In this document: one piece after another, positions 42,863-44,891 of the stretch
How the letters are laid out: each line of letters opens with the position of its first letter
Position numbering within the stretch: the first letter of the stretch is position 1
From: Planctomycetales bacterium
GTDB taxonomy: Bacteria; Planctomycetota; Planctomycetia; Pirellulales; JAGQOS01
Assembly: GCA_020427265.1 (NCBI GenBank)
Contig: JAGQOS010000001.1
Location: forward strand, 1 to 44,891
Direction: 5' to 3'
Length of the DNA stretch: 44,891 bases
Made by a program: the position numbers and the translations under genes
The notes under the pieces: generated by a model
The model's database searches: none
What the model was told of the DNA's origin: nothing
The model's input: only the letters and a program-made list of their open reading frames with translations

Positions 42863-44891
42863 ATGAAACAAATAGGCATCCTTGCTGCGACCACAATCCT
42901 GGCCACTAGCGGCTTCGTCTCCGCAGCCGATCCGATTCTCGAGTGGGCGTTCGACGGGGAGTCGCAGGCCGGGGCATGGGTCGGCAAATTCGGGACTCCC
43001 GTCGATGGCCCTCGTCCGCCAAAATATCCCGCTTTTGAAGCGTTGAACCGCGCTATGTCTTTCGCCGGCCATGAGGGCGCCATCGACGTCAAGGATCACG
43101 AACGGGGAGGGTTCGTCAACGTTCGCTTTGGCAAGGGTGACACCTTCGGTTTTGAAACGTGGGTGAAACTCGGATCGTTGGGGCAGGGCCATGTGGCGTA
43201 TGTCGTCGGCAAGGGACGGCACATAAGTCATGGCGAGAATTTTCCTGAGACCAACCAGAATTACGCCGTCCGTTTTCAGGAAACCGGCGGAGGCGCACAA
43301 CTCGGATTTCTCTTCACGAGTCAGCATCCCGAGACCGGCAAGTTCGCATGGCATCGTTGGTGGAGCGCCGCGACCGTGCCGCCGACCGGCTGGCATCACG
43401 TGGCGCTGCAATACACTTTCGGCGAAGCCGAAAGTTTGAGAGCCTGGATCGACGGCAAGCCGGTCACAGGCAAATGGGATCTCGATGGCAAGACCGATCT
43501 GCCACCCGTGCAGGATGCAGACGACCTTGTCATCGGCACCGGATACACGCGCGGCGAAGGCTCGTCGTTCCGCGGATGGCTCGACAACCTGGCGATCTAC
43601 CGTTGCGGCTTTGATTCGGAAGTGATCGCACGGCGATACCAATACGTTCCTCCGCCGCCAGCCGTTACGCGCGAGATGATTCCGCCAGGAAAAGTGCTCG
43701 TGCAGATTAGCGAAAAGGGCGTGCCGGAAGCGAATGGCTGGCCCGACGAGCCTCAGGTCACCGAAACGTACACGGAAGACGTGTTCGGCTTCTTCGAAGT
43801 CCCGCATAAATACGTCTCTACGGGCGTGCGGGCCGACCGTCAAAATCCTTCGCACCTCCGCGCGTCGGCGATCGTGAAGCTGCCAAAGGGCAAACATCGT
43901 CTGCTGCTGCGAGGCCGCGGAATGTCGAGGCTGATCGTCGACGGCAAGGAACTGCTGGAGAATGGACCTCGAACGCTCGATTCCGGTGGTCATACTCCGC
44001 TGGCCGTGCAGGACGATTACCTCGACCTCGGTCCCGATTTCCGCTTCGTGCCGCCTGGAAATCGTGATGCTTGGCGCGAGTTTGAATCTTCCGGCGGCGA
44101 ACACTTCGTGATTCTCGAAACCATGCTCGGGAACATCAAAGGCAAGTTAAAACAACGACCAGAACTCGGCGAAACCGTTGCAGCGATCTCGCTGGAAGGA
44201 AGCGAGTCGTGGTCGTTGCTTTCACCCGGAAAACGACAGGTGGCGTACAACGACGCCGGCTGGGCCGACTTTGCAGCCGAACGCCGCGCCTGGCTCCACG
44301 GGATCAATGCAGCTTCCAGAGCAAAATGTCGCGAGGCCCACAGCGAATACTGGAACCGGCGTCGCGCGGCCGCTGCCGCCTGGCTGGCTGACACGAAGCC
44401 CGTAGCCGTGCCCGCACTGGCGAACGGTTTTCCCACGAACAACGAGATCGATCATTTCATCGCGGCGAGAATCGCTGCCGTCGCCCATGATGCGAAACAG
44501 GGCCAACAATCCGAAGTGGACTACTTTGGAGACATCCGCCCGCTGCTCGAGAATCGCTGCTACGATTGCCACCAGGGGGGAAAGGCTCAAGGGGATTTGC
44601 GCCTCGACGACCATGCTTCGGTGCTGCGGGGCGGTGAAGCGGAAGGGCCGGCCGTCGTTCCGGGCAATGCCGACGAGAGCGCTTTAGTTGCTCGTGTCAC
44701 ATCCGACGACGACGACATTCGGATGCCGCCCAAAGGTGACCCGCTCTCCGGCAATGAGATCGCTTTGCTGAAGCGGTGGATCCACGGCGGCGCAGTGTGG
44801 CCTCAGTTTGACGTGAGAGACTTCGAACCGACGCCGCTTGCGGACGACCTTGTATTTCTGCGCCGCGCGACTCTCGACACCGTCGGCGTGA
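42863..44891 (+). CDS. Exported LamG-like plus PSCyt1 (planctomycete cytochrome c) plus DUF1549/PSCyt2-type protein, 3'-truncated by the window edge; not in the supplied ORF track
   Basis: By hand translation, the frame starting at ATG 42863 stays open to the window end. Signal peptide 'MKQIGILAATTILATSGFVSAADP'. LamG-like 'WHHVALQY...LRAWIDGKP...FRGWLDNLAIY'. PSCyt1 'FGDIRPLLENRCYDCHQGGKAQGDLRLDD...VVPGNADESALVARV...RMPPKGDPLSGNEIALLKRWIHGGAVW'. The DUF1549 domain begins at 'DDLVFLRRATLDTVGV'. Confidence 0.88.
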   Translation, partial: MKQIGILAATTILATSGFVSAADPILEWAFDGESQAGAWVGKFGTPVDGPRPPKYPAFEALNRAMSFAGHEGAIDVKDHERGGFVNVRFGKGDTFGFETWVKLGSLGQGHVAYVVGKGRHISHGENFPETNQNYAVRFQETGGGAQLGFLFTSQHPETGKFAWHRWWSAATVPPTGWHHVALQYTFGEAESLRAWIDGKPVTGKWDLDGKTDLPPVQDADDLVIGTGYTRGEGSSFRGWLDNLAIYRCGFDSEVIARRYQYVPPPPAVTREMIPPGKVLVQISEKGVPEANGWPDEPQVTETYTEDVFGFFEVPHKYVSTGVRADRQNPSHLRASAIVKLPKGKHRLLLRGRGMSRLIVDGKELLENGPRTLDSGGHTPLAVQDDYLDLGPDFRFVPPGNRDAWREFESSGGEHFVILETMLGNIKGKLKQRPELGETVAAISLEGSESWSLLSPGKRQVAYNDAGWADFAAERRAWLHGINAASRAKCREAHSEYWNRRRAAAAAWLADTKPVAVPALANGFPTNNEIDHFIAARIAAVAHDAKQGQQSEVDYFGDIRPLLENRCYDCHQGGKAQGDLRLDDHASVLRGGEAEGPAVVPGNADESALVARVTSDDDDIRMPPKGDPLSGNEIALLKRWIHGGAVWPQFDVRDFEPTPLADDLVFLRRATLDTVGV

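Noticed and set aside
42830-44104. 424-aa minus-strand ORF listed in the track
   Set aside because: It lies antisense to the plus-strand LamG-PSCyt1-DUF1549 frame, which has a signal peptide and clear domain motifs. The minus-strand translation is featureless.
44889-44891. Terminal 'tga' of the window as a stop codon for the last gene
   Set aside because: It is out of frame. The coding frame reads ...GTC GGC GTG A, so the gene continues beyond the window.
1-44891. Scan for CRISPR arrays, rRNA or tRNA genes, integrases and prophage modules
   Set aside because: I found no regularly spaced direct repeats, no rRNA-like or cloverleaf-forming segments, and no integrase or phage structural motifs. 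The only mobile-element trace is the ISL3 relic.

Overview
The window looks like a chromosomal segment from a Planctomycetota-like (Pirellulales-type) genome. That placement is an inference from PSCyt1/DUF1549-type proteins, an ECF sigma factor paired with a Ser/Thr kinase, and a giant exported protein with an N-terminal 'LELEELECRRVLA' motif. I found no rRNA, tRNA, CRISPR array or intact mobile element.

The left 17 kb is a dense c-type cytochrome locus:
- a System I haem-maturation operon (ccmF partial, then ccmA, ccmB, ccmC, ccmD-like);
- a 4-haem periplasmic cytochrome;
- a membrane-anchored NapC/NrfH-like 12-haem cytochrome;
- on the opposite strand, a resB/ccsB-ccsA System II pair, then a 14-haem lipoprotein cytochrome directly upstream of an ~820-aa predicted outer-membrane beta-barrel with a very Cys-rich N-terminal module.

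I read this as a candidate porin-cytochrome (MtrAB/PioAB/MtoAB-like) trans-envelope electron conduit. It is the most interesting thing in the window.

The remainder encodes:
- a short ISL3-family transposase relic;
- an exported transglutaminase-like protein;
- a Tyr-rich secreted protein;
- a MORN-variant repeat protein;
- an ECF sigma plus Ser/Thr-kinase/NB-ARC/TPR pair, divergent from a TonB-dependent receptor;
- an exported caspase-TPR protein followed by two secreted proteins;
- a ~1,590-aa modular surface protein with internal tandem duplications;
- a 1.6-kb gene-poor stretch;
- a LamG-PSCyt1-DUF1549 gene that runs off the right edge and is missing from the supplied ORF track.

All calls rest on by-eye motif reading of the translations. 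No database search was run.
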